Of a stretch of 64,000 nucleotides of DNA, positions 1 through 9,278 are shown piece by piece. Made by a program: the position numbers and the translations under genes. The DNA comes from Escherichia phage QL01: the sequence record NC_028847.1; one strand, written 5' to 3'. Numbering within the stretch: the stretch's first letter is position 1; every line of letters begins with the position of its first letter. A model generated the notes under the pieces. That model had not been told where the DNA came from, did no database searches, and saw only the letters and a list, made by a program, of their open reading frames with translations.

Positions 1-571
1 GCATCATTTTCATATTAGTTTTGTTGATAATGAATTTGAATTCAGGGCCATCATGATCTGCAACCACTAAGGAATACAATGGACGGGCCAGGTCCTTATC
101 ATCAACTTGTTTGTAGCCATTGATTACAATTTTACCATTGTCTACAGTAATAGCAAATGTATCAATACTCAGTCCAGAGGACACACGCATCAACTGCTGG
201 TAATCTTCGGCTTTAAGGTCAAAAATAACTTCAGCCACCGGGAACGGAATAGCTTTGCTTGGGAATGCAATTGTGCTTGGGTCGGCAATAGGCCACTTAA
301 TAGTTGAACGTTGGTCTTTAATAATTAAAGTGGTTTGGTCTTCACTTACCGAAACTTCAGCACTTTCAGATACCAATGACAGAATACTTAAGAAGCCGTT
401 CAGGTCGTAGATTGCGGCTTCGATATCAAAGGTGTCATTTACAGTAGCTTCACCATAACTTGCACCCGTTACTGAACGAGTTAGAATAGTGTTACCAGGT
501 TTAAGCATGATACCTGGGTTAATACCGGAGAAGTTTTTCAGAATGTTCAGAGTTTCTTTAGAGAATTTCAT
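1..571 (-). CDS. 45: DNA polymerase sliding clamp gp45, N-terminal ~190 codons (3' end lies beyond window start)
   Basis: Minus-strand ATG at 571-569 preceded by AAGGAAA; translation begins MKFSKETLNILKNF, T4 gp45-like; frame open to position 1; synteny with 46/47. Confidence 0.85.
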   Translation of the reverse strand, partial: MKFSKETLNILKNFSGINPGIMLKPGNTILTRSVTGASYGEATVNDTFDIEAAIYDLNGFLSILSLVSESAEVSVSEDQTTLIIKDQRSTIKWPIADPSTIAFPSKAIPFPVAEVIFDLKAEDYQQLMRVSSGLSIDTFAITVDNGKIVINGYKQVDDKDLARPLYSLVVADHDGPEFKFIINKTNMKMM

Positions 572-599
572 AATGTTTCCTTATCAAGTCAAAAATTAA

Positions 600-1013
600 T
601 TAAGCAATAACGATCATTTGTTTACGAATGGATTCAGGCAGAGATTCAATATACTCTGGAATCTGGGAAGCAACAATAGCACCAGCTTCAAGCAGTTGTT
701 CGTCAAAATCTACACAATAATCATCTTCGAGACGTTCAGAACCATCACGGTCGATAACCAGTTTAGCACCTGCGGCCAGTGAATCATTATAGTGGCGACG
801 CATAATTTCTACCCACTTATCGGATACGTCGTTATCAATGATACCGTAGAGCATGAACTTAGTTTCTTGTGGAAGAGACTGCAGACGACGTGCAGAGTCG
901 GTATCAATATTCAGTACCCATGATTTACGGATACGGTTTTGATTATGTGGGTTGGAATCAGTACGAATGGTTTTAACTTGGATATCTTTAACAGTAATAG
1001 CGTTAGCAAACAT
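600..1013 (-). CDS. rpbA: RpbA-like RNA polymerase-binding protein (start set at MFANAITV; ORF track extends to 1055)
   Basis: Position between 45 and 46 as in T4; purine-rich SD before ATG at 1013; identity by synteny only. Confidence 0.5.
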   Translation of the reverse strand: MFANAITVKDIQVKTIRTDSNPHNQNRIRKSWVLNIDTDSARRLQSLPQETKFMLYGIIDNDVSDKWVEIMRRHYNDSLAAGAKLVIDRDGSERLEDDYCVDFDEQLLEAGAIVASQIPEYIESLPESIRKQMIVIA

Positions 1014-1073
1014 AATATTTTCTCTCATTTGGTTGGTAGATGTATTATAAATCAATATTTTAAAGCACTTAAT

Positions 1074-1265
1074 TTAATCAAAGTATTCATAAACGAACCA
1101 GGCAGGATTCCTGTTCGACATGATTCTATCATACTCTGACTTAAAAGCATTTCGGAGATAATCTTCAGTAACAAGATGTTCGTCTCCAGAGAAGTTATTA
1201 ACTAAAACATACCGCTTTAGTTCAGGAACGGCCAACAAATGCTGGCCTGTTATAAAATCACTCAT
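1074..1265 (-). CDS. small early protein at T4 45.2 position
   Basis: 63-aa ORF directly downstream of gene 46 with 4-nt stop/start overlap. Confidence 0.45.
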   Translation of the reverse strand: MSDFITGQHLLAVPELKRYVLVNNFSGDEHLVTEDYLRNAFKSEYDRIMSNRNPAWFVYEYFD

Positions 1266-2944
1266 TCCATCACCGTGAATCGTCCAACTTTCTTCATTTG
1301 AAGATGTTGGCCATAAGCTTGTGGGTCATGGTCTCGGTGAGAGATAATGAACACGTTCGTATCCTCAAGGCTATTCAAGATGGTTGCAATGGTCTTAACG
1401 CCTTCAGCGTCAGTAGCACTGTCAAATACCTCATCAAGAATTAACGTGCTGATATTAACACCTGATACCTTAGAAGCAATATCGCGCCATGTAAAAAGTA
1501 GTGCGATATCAATACGTGCTTTCTCACCCTGTGAAAATGAAGCATAACTAAAGTCTTCACGTCCACGTGATTTAATCGTCTCATTGAACTCTTCGTCTAG
1601 TGTAAAGACGTAGTCGGCTTCCATAATCTTCAAATAAGAATTTATCTGCTTATTAAAGATAGGAATGTATTTCTTAATAATGGAACCTTTAATACCAGTA
1701 TCCTTCAACATTTCTGTCAGAATTCCACGATGGTATTTTTCCATTACCAAGGACGATTTGGTAGAGACGATTTTATCAAGCTCTGCTTGAAGCGCGGCAA
1801 TCTCTTCGGCATTACTTACGAACTCAGCAGCTGCTTGGTCGATTAATACTTTAACTTTTTTAGCTTTCTCTACGGCAGTAATGGCTTGTTGCTTATGAGT
1901 AGCTATCTGAGATTTAATAGCCAGAGCTTTATTACGTTGTTCGGTTACTTGGTCCTTAATGAGCTTGAGTTCTTGGTACTGTTCGTTAATCTTATCCAAA
2001 GATTTTTGAAGCTCAAAGTTCTTATCCTTAATTTTAGTAAGGATATTTCCATGCTCTTCCAGTCCTTGCATACATGTAGGACAACTACCACCGGTTTCGT
2101 ATAATTTCACGACCTTAGTAAAGGTTGCCATATCATTCTTGATTGCAAATCCTTTATTGCTCAGGTCACTCATAGAGTTGCTAGGGTCATCATCGACGAT
2201 GACATTGAGTAATTCATCAGTCAGTTTTTCTATATTGCCCTTCGCAGTCCTGGCTTCTTTAACGAGCTCATCGTACATTGTTTGTAGACGTGCTGCGTTC
2301 TCACCTGATAATTTACGCTGACGTTCTTCGTTGTCATTATAAATTTTAATTTGCTGGATAATAGAATCCTGTTTAACGTCGATTACTTGGATTTGGCTAT
2401 TAGTCTCACGAATCAAAGATTTGTTCAACTTGTCCATATCCGCTAATACAGAAACCTCTAAGAGGTCTTCCACAAGCTTTCGGCGCGCAGGGGTCGACAA
2501 ACCCATGAAAGGGGTATACCCTGCTGTACCAAGTACGACAATCTGTTTGAAACTGGTATATGACATTCCGATAAGCTGTTCAAATTCTGCTTGGAAGTCT
2601 TTACTGCTGGCAGATTCATCAAGACGTTCACCGCCACAAGAGATTTCAAAAACGTTCGGTTTTTGCCCGCGCTTGATATAGTATTCTTTGCCATCATATT
2701 CCATCCACAGTTCGACCAAAAGGTCTTTCTTATTACTTGAGTTAATCAACTGCCCTTTCTTAACATCACGAAAAGGCTTACCGAACAGAGCAAATGTAAC
2801 GGCTTCAAGGAACGTAGATTTACCAGCGCCGTTTTTACCGGTGACTAAGGTCTTTTGGACCTTATCAAGTTGGATTGTAATAGGTTGCTGGCCTACCGAC
2901 ATAATATTTTTATACGTTACTTTCTTTAACTTAAACGTTTTCAT
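1262..2944 (-). CDS. 46: recombination endonuclease subunit gp46 (Rad50/SbcC-like ATPase)
   Basis: 560 aa; Walker A GKNGAGKST near N-terminus, long coiled-coil middle, ABC-type C-terminal region; same length as T4 gp46. Confidence 0.92.
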   Translation of the reverse strand: MKTFKLKKVTYKNIMSVGQQPITIQLDKVQKTLVTGKNGAGKSTFLEAVTFALFGKPFRDVKKGQLINSSNKKDLLVELWMEYDGKEYYIKRGQKPNVFEISCGGERLDESASSKDFQAEFEQLIGMSYTSFKQIVVLGTAGYTPFMGLSTPARRKLVEDLLEVSVLADMDKLNKSLIRETNSQIQVIDVKQDSIIQQIKIYNDNEERQRKLSGENAARLQTMYDELVKEARTAKGNIEKLTDELLNVIVDDDPSNSMSDLSNKGFAIKNDMATFTKVVKLYETGGSCPTCMQGLEEHGNILTKIKDKNFELQKSLDKINEQYQELKLIKDQVTEQRNKALAIKSQIATHKQQAITAVEKAKKVKVLIDQAAAEFVSNAEEIAALQAELDKIVSTKSSLVMEKYHRGILTEMLKDTGIKGSIIKKYIPIFNKQINSYLKIMEADYVFTLDEEFNETIKSRGREDFSYASFSQGEKARIDIALLFTWRDIASKVSGVNISTLILDEVFDSATDAEGVKTIATILNSLEDTNVFIISHRDHDPQAYGQHLQMKKVGRFTVME

Positions 2945-3165
2945 GTATTGTTCTCACGAATTGTTTGTTCAGCATATTCTAGCATTTCTTCGGAAGAAGC
3001 AAACACGTCGTCAAGTTCCATGGCCCATGAAACACCTTCAGAATATTCAGAAGTGACATACATAGTTCCGGTATACCAAGAACCATCCACGTCCCATTCT
3101 ACATTACCGAACCAGCCATCGCCAATATGAAAATCATGTTTATACATTTTCATCATTATAAGCAT
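2941..3165 (-). CDS. hypothetical protein (between 47 and 46)
   Basis: Minus-strand ORF in tight operon packing, 4-nt overlap with gene 46 start. Confidence 0.4.
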   Translation of the reverse strand: MLIMMKMYKHDFHIGDGWFGNVEWDVDGSWYTGTMYVTSEYSEGVSWAMELDDVFASSEEMLEYAEQTIRENNT

Positions 3166-3403
3166 CCTTGATGCATGATTCAGCCATATGAATTAATGTT
3201 TCTGGAGTATCATCTACCATTACATTAAAGCTAAATTCCACAGCCCAATCAGTAGCAACATAAACTTTAATAAGCTCGTTGGTATCGCGAGTGCTCACGG
3301 CTTCAAACCAGAACTTAATGATATTCGTTTGGTTATCGTCATCAATAACGATGCAGTCGTGTTCTAGTTCAAGGCCTGATTTTTTGAATTCATCTAAAGT
3401 CAT
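3140..3403 (-). CDS. hypothetical protein (between 47 and 46)
   Basis: Minus-strand ORF, 4-nt overlap with gene 47 stop. Confidence 0.4.
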   Translation of the reverse strand: MTLDEFKKSGLELEHDCIVIDDDNQTNIIKFWFEAVSTRDTNELIKVYVATDWAVEFSFNVMVDDTPETLIHMAESCIKDAYNDENV

Positions 3404-4422
3404 CGTGTAACCTCATTATAAAGTTGTGCGGTCATAGTCTTAAGGGCTTTAACATCGTCTTCAGTGTGGCCATCAGGAAGGGCATCGATATAATCATACA
3501 TCATATCCAAGAGGGACTTAACTTCATCTTCCTCTTCAGAATCATCGATATCAACACTGTTATCTACCTTAGACACAATACGTAAAGAGTGAACAACCTT
3601 TTCAAGTTCAGATTCGAACTTGGTAAGCCCGTCATCAATTTTATCGACTATAACACGAACCGCAATATTTGTAAAATCTTTGTAATCGATAGTCGCATTC
3701 GGATAATGAATCTTACGATGCCAACAAGTTTCATTGATGATGAAATCCATTTTATGGGTTTCTGTATCGAAAATCCAGAAGCCACGAGGGTCGTTCTCAT
3801 CACCTGCAGTCAGGGTCCATGGCGTACCAATATACTTGACGTTTGCTGCATCAGAAATGGTGTGGAAGTGACCAGACCATACTTGCTTATACTTCTTAAG
3901 GAAATCAGGTTCTAAACCATGTGATTTCATTCCTTTATAGAAATAGAAACCATTTAATTCCCAGTGGCCAATACAGAAATCGGCAGTAGTATTTTTGATA
4001 TGGTCCATGATATCAGTCGTGTTTTCTTCACACATCCATGGAATCAAATCAATTTCTGTACCATCAAAGTTAACCGTAGTAGGTTTCTCAATAACCTTGA
4101 TATGGTCGTATTTACCCAGAACTTCAGAAGCAGCGTTCGGTGTCAAGGTATTTTTGTAGTGTGCATCATGGTTACCAACAACAGTATACATGGTAATGCC
4201 ATTTTCTTTAAGCAAATCTGAAATATGTCTGGCAAATTCCATGCACTTATGAGTAATTGCTTTACGAACATCAAAAATATCACCATACTGAATCCAGACA
4301 GTGATACCATTTGCTTTAGAATAATTGATGGCGTCTTTAATGCCTGCCAATTGAATATTTTGCACCCAAGGGTCGTCGTTCTTCACTCCAAGGTGCCAGT
4401 CACCCGTATTAAGAATTTTCAT
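3400..4422 (-). CDS. 47: recombination endonuclease subunit gp47 (Mre11/SbcD-like phosphoesterase)
   Basis: Begins MKILNTGDWHLG (phosphoesterase motif I), GNHD motif downstream; ~340 aa; start taken at internal Met of ORF 3400..4494. Confidence 0.9.
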   Translation of the reverse strand: MKILNTGDWHLGVKNDDPWVQNIQLAGIKDAINYSKANGITVWIQYGDIFDVRKAITHKCMEFARHISDLLKENGITMYTVVGNHDAHYKNTLTPNAASEVLGKYDHIKVIEKPTTVNFDGTEIDLIPWMCEENTTDIMDHIKNTTADFCIGHWELNGFYFYKGMKSHGLEPDFLKKYKQVWSGHFHTISDAANVKYIGTPWTLTAGDENDPRGFWIFDTETHKMDFIINETCWHRKIHYPNATIDYKDFTNIAVRVIVDKIDDGLTKFESELEKVVHSLRIVSKVDNSVDIDDSEEEDEVKSLLDMMYDYIDALPDGHTEDDVKALKTMTAQLYNEVTR

Positions 4423-5026
4423 TACGTATCCGTTCCCACATTTTGGAGGCTGCTTTAGAAGCAGAGCCAGGAAGTTTACCTTTGACCCACCCATCAGGAA
4501 TATTAGATGGGTTAATCAGTTTATGTTCTATTCCGTTATTATACCACTTCCTGCCCTTATTATGACTAGATGCTTTATAATTAGGTGAACGACCTTCTAC
4601 ATATCCTTCGGGGACTGTAGGTGCAAAGGTTTGTTCTAATGTAATAGGATTATAGGAATGAATATACCCTTTAGCATTATGAGAGCCGTAAAGAGGGTGT
4701 TGCTCTTTAGGTAGCGAAAGCCCAAAGAATCCTTTAGGAGCTGCGACAGCCCTATTAAAGAATAGAGGATTTTGGGCCGCATTGGTTCTTAACTGGTACA
4801 TTCTTTCAGCTTCTAAAGCCTCTTCTCTTGTAGGGTGTTCACTTACAATACATGAGTCAAATAATTCTGGATGCTCTAAAAGCTCATTTTTATAGATTTC
4901 TTTATATGCTTTAGAAAGGACACTCCCGTGATATCCTTTTAAATGCTTCTCTAAAGTGGTAGACCCTATATAAAACGGTGGAAGCTTAGTCCCGGAATAT
5001 ATTGTCAGGTATGTGATGTATTTCAT
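4409..5026 (-). CDS. GIY-YIG family homing endonuclease (Seg-like), free-standing
   Basis: N-terminal YLTIYSG...PPFYIGST resembles GIY-YIG catalytic motif; C-terminal basic NNGIEHKLINPSNIPDGWVKG typical of homing-endonuclease DNA-binding modules; overlaps gene 47 start by 14 nt. Confidence 0.65.
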   Translation of the reverse strand: MKYITYLTIYSGTKLPPFYIGSTTLEKHLKGYHGSVLSKAYKEIYKNELLEHPELFDSCIVSEHPTREEALEAERMYQLRTNAAQNPLFFNRAVAAPKGFFGLSLPKEQHPLYGSHNAKGYIHSYNPITLEQTFAPTVPEGYVEGRSPNYKASSHNKGRKWYNNGIEHKLINPSNIPDGWVKGKLPGSASKAASKMWERIRNENS

Positions 5027-5050
5027 AGATTTATTTTATCATCCGAATAT

Positions 5051-5076
5051 AAAGCAAAAAAGGAGCCTAAGCTCCT
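5051..5076 (-). terminator. putative intrinsic terminator (short stem GGAGC-loop-GCTCC followed by T-run on minus strand)
   Basis: Inverted repeat aggagc/gctcct on plus strand; A-run 5055-5060 gives U-run on minus transcript; sits between small ORF and GIY-YIG gene. Confidence 0.35.
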
Positions 5077-5240
5077 TTACCAACTAATACACCGTACAGA
5101 GGTTCGTGATTAGACCTGAACTTGATAGGCTTATAGGTAATAGTACCTTCATTTTCTGCTTTAATACGAGCGGCTTCAAATTGAAGTATCATCTCATTTT
5201 TGTCAGATTTAATCTTATCAAAATCCATCGAATTCGTCAT
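5067..5240 (-). CDS. possible 57-aa ORF (below ORF-track size cutoff); may instead be a degenerate promoter-cassette remnant
   Basis: ATG at 5240-5238 preceded by AAGAGG; open frame MTNSMDFDKIKSDKNEMILQ... to TAG at 5069-5067; contains core-like ttgataggcttatag. Confidence 0.3.
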   Translation of the reverse strand: MTNSMDFDKIKSDKNEMILQFEAARIKAENEGTITYKPIKFRSNHEPLYGVLVGKGA

Positions 5241-5482
5241 TCATACAACCTCTTAAACTTTTTCGTATTCGTCTTTCATTAGCCGCCTGTCCACGTTATC
5301 ATCGTTGCCACCATTTCTTAAGTTGATGAGAATCTACCCAAACCTTGGCTACGGGCTCAATCCGAAAAATTCCATCGGAATACTGGCCGACCATTTTATA
5401 TTCGGTTTCGGACTGCTTAATACAGATATTACCGTATGAGCGAAGTCTAAAGGCGGCTCCAATAAGAAGCCGTTTAAAGGGT

Positions 5483-5794
5483 TTATTTACTAGGGCCATT
5501 GACGATTTCCCAAATTTGTTTGCGGGTAGATTCCCACATCAATTGAACAAGTTCATCAGTAACAGGTTGACGGTAAATACCACGTAATTTAATTAAAGCG
5601 TACTTATATGCTTCAAAGTTGTTTTCAAGTACAGCGCCTTGGGCATGGAGATTTAAACGACGGATTTCACGAGCATTCTTCTTAAGAATCTTAGCCGCTT
5701 GAGAATTAGCTTCTTTAATATTGTGCTCTTCTAAACGTTGCTGGGCTTCTTCAATTTGCTCATCAGTCAATTGAGAAATGTCATGGCTTTGCAT
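5483..5794 (-). CDS. hypothetical protein
   Basis: 103-aa minus-strand ORF downstream of gene 55 cluster. Confidence 0.45.
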   Translation of the reverse strand: MQSHDISQLTDEQIEEAQQRLEEHNIKEANSQAAKILKKNAREIRRLNLHAQGAVLENNFEAYKYALIKLRGIYRQPVTDELVQLMWESTRKQIWEIVNGPSK

Positions 5795-5795
5795 A

Positions 5796-6062
5796 TTAAT
5801 CCTTTGGAGTCAATTCAATAGTGAAGTAGAAATTAGCGTTCTCAACATGATAACGGTAATCTACGTTATTGTCAGGAGAAGTGAATTCAATATTCCTGAC
5901 GTTAAGTGGGTCAATATCAATAGGAAGACCTTTAACATCCCGTAATATCAATTTAATAAAATAAGGGAGTGCTTCGAAGTCTTCCATTCCATCTAAAAGT
6001 GGAGTGATATTAATCTGATGTTCCATATAAAAAATCCAGTTCACCAACTTTAGGTTCGGCAC
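5796..6062 (-). CDS. hypothetical protein (true start probably internal; overlaps 3' end of gene 55)
   Basis: 88-aa minus-strand ORF; start uncertain. Confidence 0.35.
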   Translation of the reverse strand: MPNLKLVNWIFYMEHQINITPLLDGMEDFEALPYFIKLILRDVKGLPIDIDPLNVRNIEFTSPDNNVDYRYHVENANFYFTIELTPKD

Positions 6063-6567
6063 TCTTATCAGACCCTGGTGCTTTAGTTAAAGAGGTTTCA
6101 TACTGAGTCATTTTGTCGTAGATATCTTGGATAAAGGTTTCATCTGCAATACCTACCATGTCGTCATCATTACTGTCATAGACATTATGGACGAAGTAGC
6201 TATATTTCTTTGCCATTTCTTTACGTTCTTTTTTGATACGCTGAACGAAGGCATTAAAACAAGCCATAGTGATATATGCATGTGGGTTGTCGTATTTTGT
6301 TTCGTCGAAGTTGTGAAGACCTTTAATCGAAGCTTCGATTCCATCAGCAATCATTTCTTGCTTCCAAGATTGGGTATATCCTGAGAAGTTGAAACGTTTA
6401 CTTAGTCCTTCAGCAATGAGCATAATAGCCAAGCCGATAACGTCGTTCTGGCGAACTATTTTATTAGGATCGGTATTTTCTCTGAGTTCTGTTTTCCATT
6501 GGGTGATAGCTTTCAGAAGCTCCTTATTATTTACATAGTTATTTTTAGTCAGTTTAATTTCGGTCAT
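6010..6567 (-). CDS. 55: late-transcription sigma factor gp55
   Basis: 185 aa, same length as T4 gp55; N-terminal NYVNNKELL and [45 protein letters not shown] block are T4 gp55-like. Confidence 0.88.
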   Translation of the reverse strand: MTEIKLTKNNYVNNKELLKAITQWKTELRENTDPNKIVRQNDVIGLAIMLIAEGLSKRFNFSGYTQSWKQEMIADGIEASIKGLHNFDETKYDNPHAYITMACFNAFVQRIKKERKEMAKKYSYFVHNVYDSNDDDMVGIADETFIQDIYDKMTQYETSLTKAPGSDKSAEPKVGELDFLYGTSD

Positions 6568-6633
6568 TGTTACCTCAGATAACTCAAATCATAGGTCTAT
6601 TATATCATAGTATTTGAAGACCCTTTTAAAGCA
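6568..6633 (-). promoter_or_regulatory. candidate middle/early promoter upstream of gene 55 (MotA-box-like TGCTTTA, TACTAT/TATAAT -10 candidates)
   Basis: Minus-strand reading ...GATGCTTTAAAAGGG...TACTATGATATAAT...GAGGTAACAATG; spacing not ideal. Confidence 0.3.
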
Positions 6634-6897
6634 TCAACGGAGTAAGCAATAAGCCTGAAATACGGTTTCAAGGATTTGTGTGAACTCGGAATAAGAAATT
6701 GTATCAGTACATCCATGTTCAGACATATATCCACAAAATTCTTTAAAAAGACCTGGATATTCGCGATGGTTGTATTTGGAAATATGAGACTTCCATACTA
6801 AAGAAGTCTCACCACAAACAAACTCAACATCCATACAGTTATCTATTAAGAAAAATCCGAGACCTTCGTAGGCGAGGGTAGTGGATACAGGGGTCAT
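6634..6897 (-). CDS. hypothetical protein
   Basis: 87-aa minus-strand ORF, 4-nt overlap with upstream ORF. Confidence 0.4.
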   Translation of the reverse strand: MTPVSTTLAYEGLGFFLIDNCMDVEFVCGETSLVWKSHISKYNHREYPGLFKEFCGYMSEHGCTDTISYSEFTQILETVFQAYCLLR

Positions 6898-7160
6898 TGT
6901 AGGAATCGAGCTCCTTCTAGTGCGTCATCAAGATTATCAAACTCGTCGACATAATCAACACCGCCAACTTCGTCCTTCGCATAAAGCCAGTACTGTTTAA
7001 ATTCGTATTCGATGATGAAGTGGTCACCCTCAATCTGGAGAGCCCCATCACCATTAAATTGAACTGCATAACCGGTAAAGCGGACATCATTCAAGAGTTC
7101 TTCTTTCATAGCAATCATTTCCAAGTTTTTATCGTAATTAGAGAGTTTTATTTTAATCAT
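6894..7160 (-). CDS. hypothetical protein
   Basis: 88-aa minus-strand ORF, overlapping stop/start with neighbours. Confidence 0.4.
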   Translation of the reverse strand: MIKIKLSNYDKNLEMIAMKEELLNDVRFTGYAVQFNGDGALQIEGDHFIIEYEFKQYWLYAKDEVGGVDYVDEFDNLDDALEGARFLQ

Positions 7161-7486
7161 TTCGCTGCCTTAACAATTTTCAGGTCAACGAATTTTTTCT
7201 TACGTTGGTTTTTCATACGACGGATAGTTTTATCCGTGATTTCGCCAGGGCACCAAGCTTTGGATTCAACACCAAAGGCAGCGACATCGAATTCATCAAG
7301 GATATATTGAACCAGGATTTCACGAATACCGTTCTTACCAATTTTCTGGTCTTTAGAGTGCATGATTGGTAACAGTTCAGCAACCCATTGGTCAAGAACC
7401 TGAGGAGTTACAAAACCTGTTTTCATCAGTTCGTTTACTTTATCGAAAGCGAAAGAGTTCAGTACGTTTTTAATAGCTTGTGACAT
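7157..7486 (-). CDS. hypothetical protein, basic C-terminus (start MSQAIKNV)
   Basis: Internal Met of ORF 7157..7648 preceded by GAGGAAA; shares its RBS and first 5 codons with the gene at 13854..14696. Confidence 0.5.
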   Translation of the reverse strand: MSQAIKNVLNSFAFDKVNELMKTGFVTPQVLDQWVAELLPIMHSKDQKIGKNGIREILVQYILDEFDVAAFGVESKAWCPGEITDKTIRRMKNQRKKKFVDLKIVKAAK

Positions 7487-7556
7487 AATAATTTCCTCAG
7501 TTTTAAAGTTATAATCCGTAGGACCATTATACTCTGGTCCCAAGAGTTTGTAAACT
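7487..7556 (-). promoter_or_regulatory. T4-type early promoter cassette (GTTTAC -35, TATAAT -10) with inverted repeat GGACCA/TGGTCC flanking -10
   Basis: Plus-strand gtaaac at 7550-7555 and attata at 7526-7531, i.e. GTTTAC-18 nt-TATAAT on the minus strand. Confidence 0.5.
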
Positions 7557-7755
7557 ATTTTTGACTCATTGCACCTTTCCAGCCTTCGTACATAGATGCA
7601 GCTGAAATTAATAAAGCGCCTGAACAACTTGAATATTTGTGGTTCCAAAACCAGTTCAGAAAAACTTCGTCATCAATACCTTGGGCTATCATATTTTCAA
7701 AGAACTGACGACGAGCTTCAGCAATTCGCTGTGATAATTTAGATTCAGGATTCAT
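7555..7755 (-). CDS. hypothetical protein
   Basis: 66-aa minus-strand ORF ending at the -35 of the downstream cassette. Confidence 0.35.
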   Translation of the reverse strand: MNPESKLSQRIAEARRQFFENMIAQGIDDEVFLNWFWNHKYSSCSGALLISAASMYEGWKGAMSQK

Positions 7756-7894
7756 TTAAATTTTCCAATTGCCATTTTCATCAATGAATTTAACCCAGTC
7801 ATTTACCGACCACTTGGTTGTATCGCCTTTTGGAGCAACATTTAAGGTATATAACCCCTGCTTAAAAAGCATTCGTTTGATATTCATATTTTCC

Positions 7895-8188
7895 TCAGCT
7901 ATAACGATAACATTCGTTTGATTTACGTTTTGCAACTCGATGAGAAGTATTGTAATCAGGTTCATCGTCATTGTAAACATCTTTTTTCAGCTTTCTCACT
8001 TCTTTACGAAGCTGGCGGTTCATTTCGTTCTTAACTTCAGAATCAACACCGCGCATACGTTTCCACTTGTCGGAACGGAAGATATTTTCTTCAACCAGTT
8101 CCTGACTTACGCCGTCCGGTGCTTTACGACGTCCGGAATAATAAAAATCTTTTACAGACAATTCTTTACGACGAATAGTTTTACCCAT
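7895..8188 (-). CDS. hypothetical protein, highly basic
   Basis: 97-aa minus-strand ORF rich in K/R. Confidence 0.4.
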   Translation of the reverse strand: MGKTIRRKELSVKDFYYSGRRKAPDGVSQELVEENIFRSDKWKRMRGVDSEVKNEMNRQLRKEVRKLKKDVYNDDEPDYNTSHRVAKRKSNECYRYS

Positions 8189-8190
8189 AG

Positions 8191-8445
8191 TTACCTCAGC
8201 AGTTTGTATCCAATAAGATTTTTAATGTATTGGACATCTTTGACATCCAAATCTAACTTAATATCTTTCAGGCGGTCGCACAGGGTCAAAAAGGTTACAT
8301 GTTTCCAATTCTTCACTGGGCAGCAATAAGTTTTCGGGCCGTTGGCGATTTCAATATTCTTATCAGTGACGGTGAGAAAAATCAGGCGCTCATCATCCAG
8401 ATTAAGGGTAATGATATTTTTCATTGAATGTAATTTCAGACTCAT
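8191..8445 (-). CDS. hypothetical protein
   Basis: 84-aa minus-strand ORF; 4-nt overlap with downstream ORF. Confidence 0.4.
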   Translation of the reverse strand: MSLKLHSMKNIITLNLDDERLIFLTVTDKNIEIANGPKTYCCPVKNWKHVTFLTLCDRLKDIKLDLDVKDVQYIKNLIGYKLLR

Positions 8446-8624
8446 GATTTGATTTCCTTAGCTATTGAACAAAACACGCTACGGTCACATACCATCATTG
8501 GAATATTTCTATGGTCCAGTACACGATACCATACGTCTGAATCGCTAGCAGCAATTACACGAACCGCACGCCCATTCACCAAATAATACTGGTCGGCTTT
8601 AATTTCTTTATCTTGGATAGTCAT
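8442..8624 (-). CDS. hypothetical protein
   Basis: 60-aa minus-strand ORF directly downstream of a promoter cassette. Confidence 0.4.
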   Translation of the reverse strand: MTIQDKEIKADQYYLVNGRAVRVIAASDSDVWYRVLDHRNIPMMVCDRSVFCSIAKEIKS

Positions 8625-8682
8625 AATGTTCTCCTCATGTGTTGATAGGATAGACTATAACACGTGAGGAGAGGAAGTAAAT
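8625..8682 (-). promoter_or_regulatory. early promoter cassette with SD-sequestering inverted repeat (CTCCTCACGTG / CACATGAGGAG)
   Basis: Minus strand: ATTTAC-17 nt-TATAGT, then IR arm containing GGAG SD 5 nt before ATG at 8624. Confidence 0.5.
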
Positions 8683-8683
8683 A

Positions 8684-9001
8684 CTAATCTTCAATTAAAT
8701 CTTGGTCATAACCAAGTTCAATCAAAAGCGATTTGAAGGCAGGAATATTTTCTATTTTCTTATTATCGACAAATATGACAGGATAGCGTATCGCTAAGCT
8801 CTTGAAGCCTGCACGTTTGGCCAATGATACTATAAGAGGCTTGTCGTATACTGCGCCTGACGGCGTCTGGTTAATCACAGGATAGAAAGTATGTGGGATA
8901 GAAAGGGAATTTAGGAGCGATAGAACAGCAATGCACCCTGGACAGCGCATGACTGTCTCAGGGATACCGTAAATCTCAATTTTAGTTAACTTTTGGTCCA
9001 C
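8684..9001 (-). CDS. glutaredoxin/NrdH-like thioredoxin-fold protein
   Basis: CPGC active-site motif near N-terminus, downstream cis-Pro-like YPVIFVD; 105 aa; location between 55 and 49 where T4 has nrdH. Confidence 0.5.
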   Translation of the reverse strand: MDQKLTKIEIYGIPETVMRCPGCIAVLSLLNSLSIPHTFYPVINQTPSGAVYDKPLIVSLAKRAGFKSLAIRYPVIFVDNKKIENIPAFKSLLIELGYDQDLIED

Positions 9002-9278
9002 AGGAAATAACTCCTTGGTAGTCCCAGGTTTTTAGAACTTCGTCCTCATTAGTTCCATACGGGACGTAAATCTGGATAAGGAACCCGGTGTCATCAAAAG
9101 AGAAGTAGACAGTCGGTTTAATACCATGAATCTCTGACAGAGCATAGATGTCCTTGAGGTCGTCTTCCTTACCTTTAAAGAATTCAGGGTTCAGGTCACA
9201 GTCATGGAAGTACCAATCATCACCAAACTTGTCCCAAGCGGTCCAATTCAAAGCTACATATTCTTCAAAACGTTTCAT
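8982..9278 (-). CDS. hypothetical protein
   Basis: 98-aa minus-strand ORF. Confidence 0.4.
   Translation of the reverse strand: MKRFEEYVALNWTAWDKFGDDWYFHDCDLNPEFFKGKEDDLKDIYALSEIHGIKPTVYFSFDDTGFLIQIYVPYGTNEDEVLKTWDYQGVISCGPKVN

Noticed and set aside
3400-4494. Long N-terminal extensions in the ORF track (e.g. gene 47 to 4494, nudE to 28393, ATPase to 16817, gene 15 from 60646)
   Set aside because: Extensions overlap upstream genes or start at non-ATG codons; internal Met codons with good SDs and homolog-like N-termini were used instead.
5299-5499. 66-aa minus-strand ORF overlapping the end of gene 5483-5794
   Set aside because: Overlaps the upstream gene in a different frame, no SD at any in-frame Met; region more likely a non-coding leader/hairpin.
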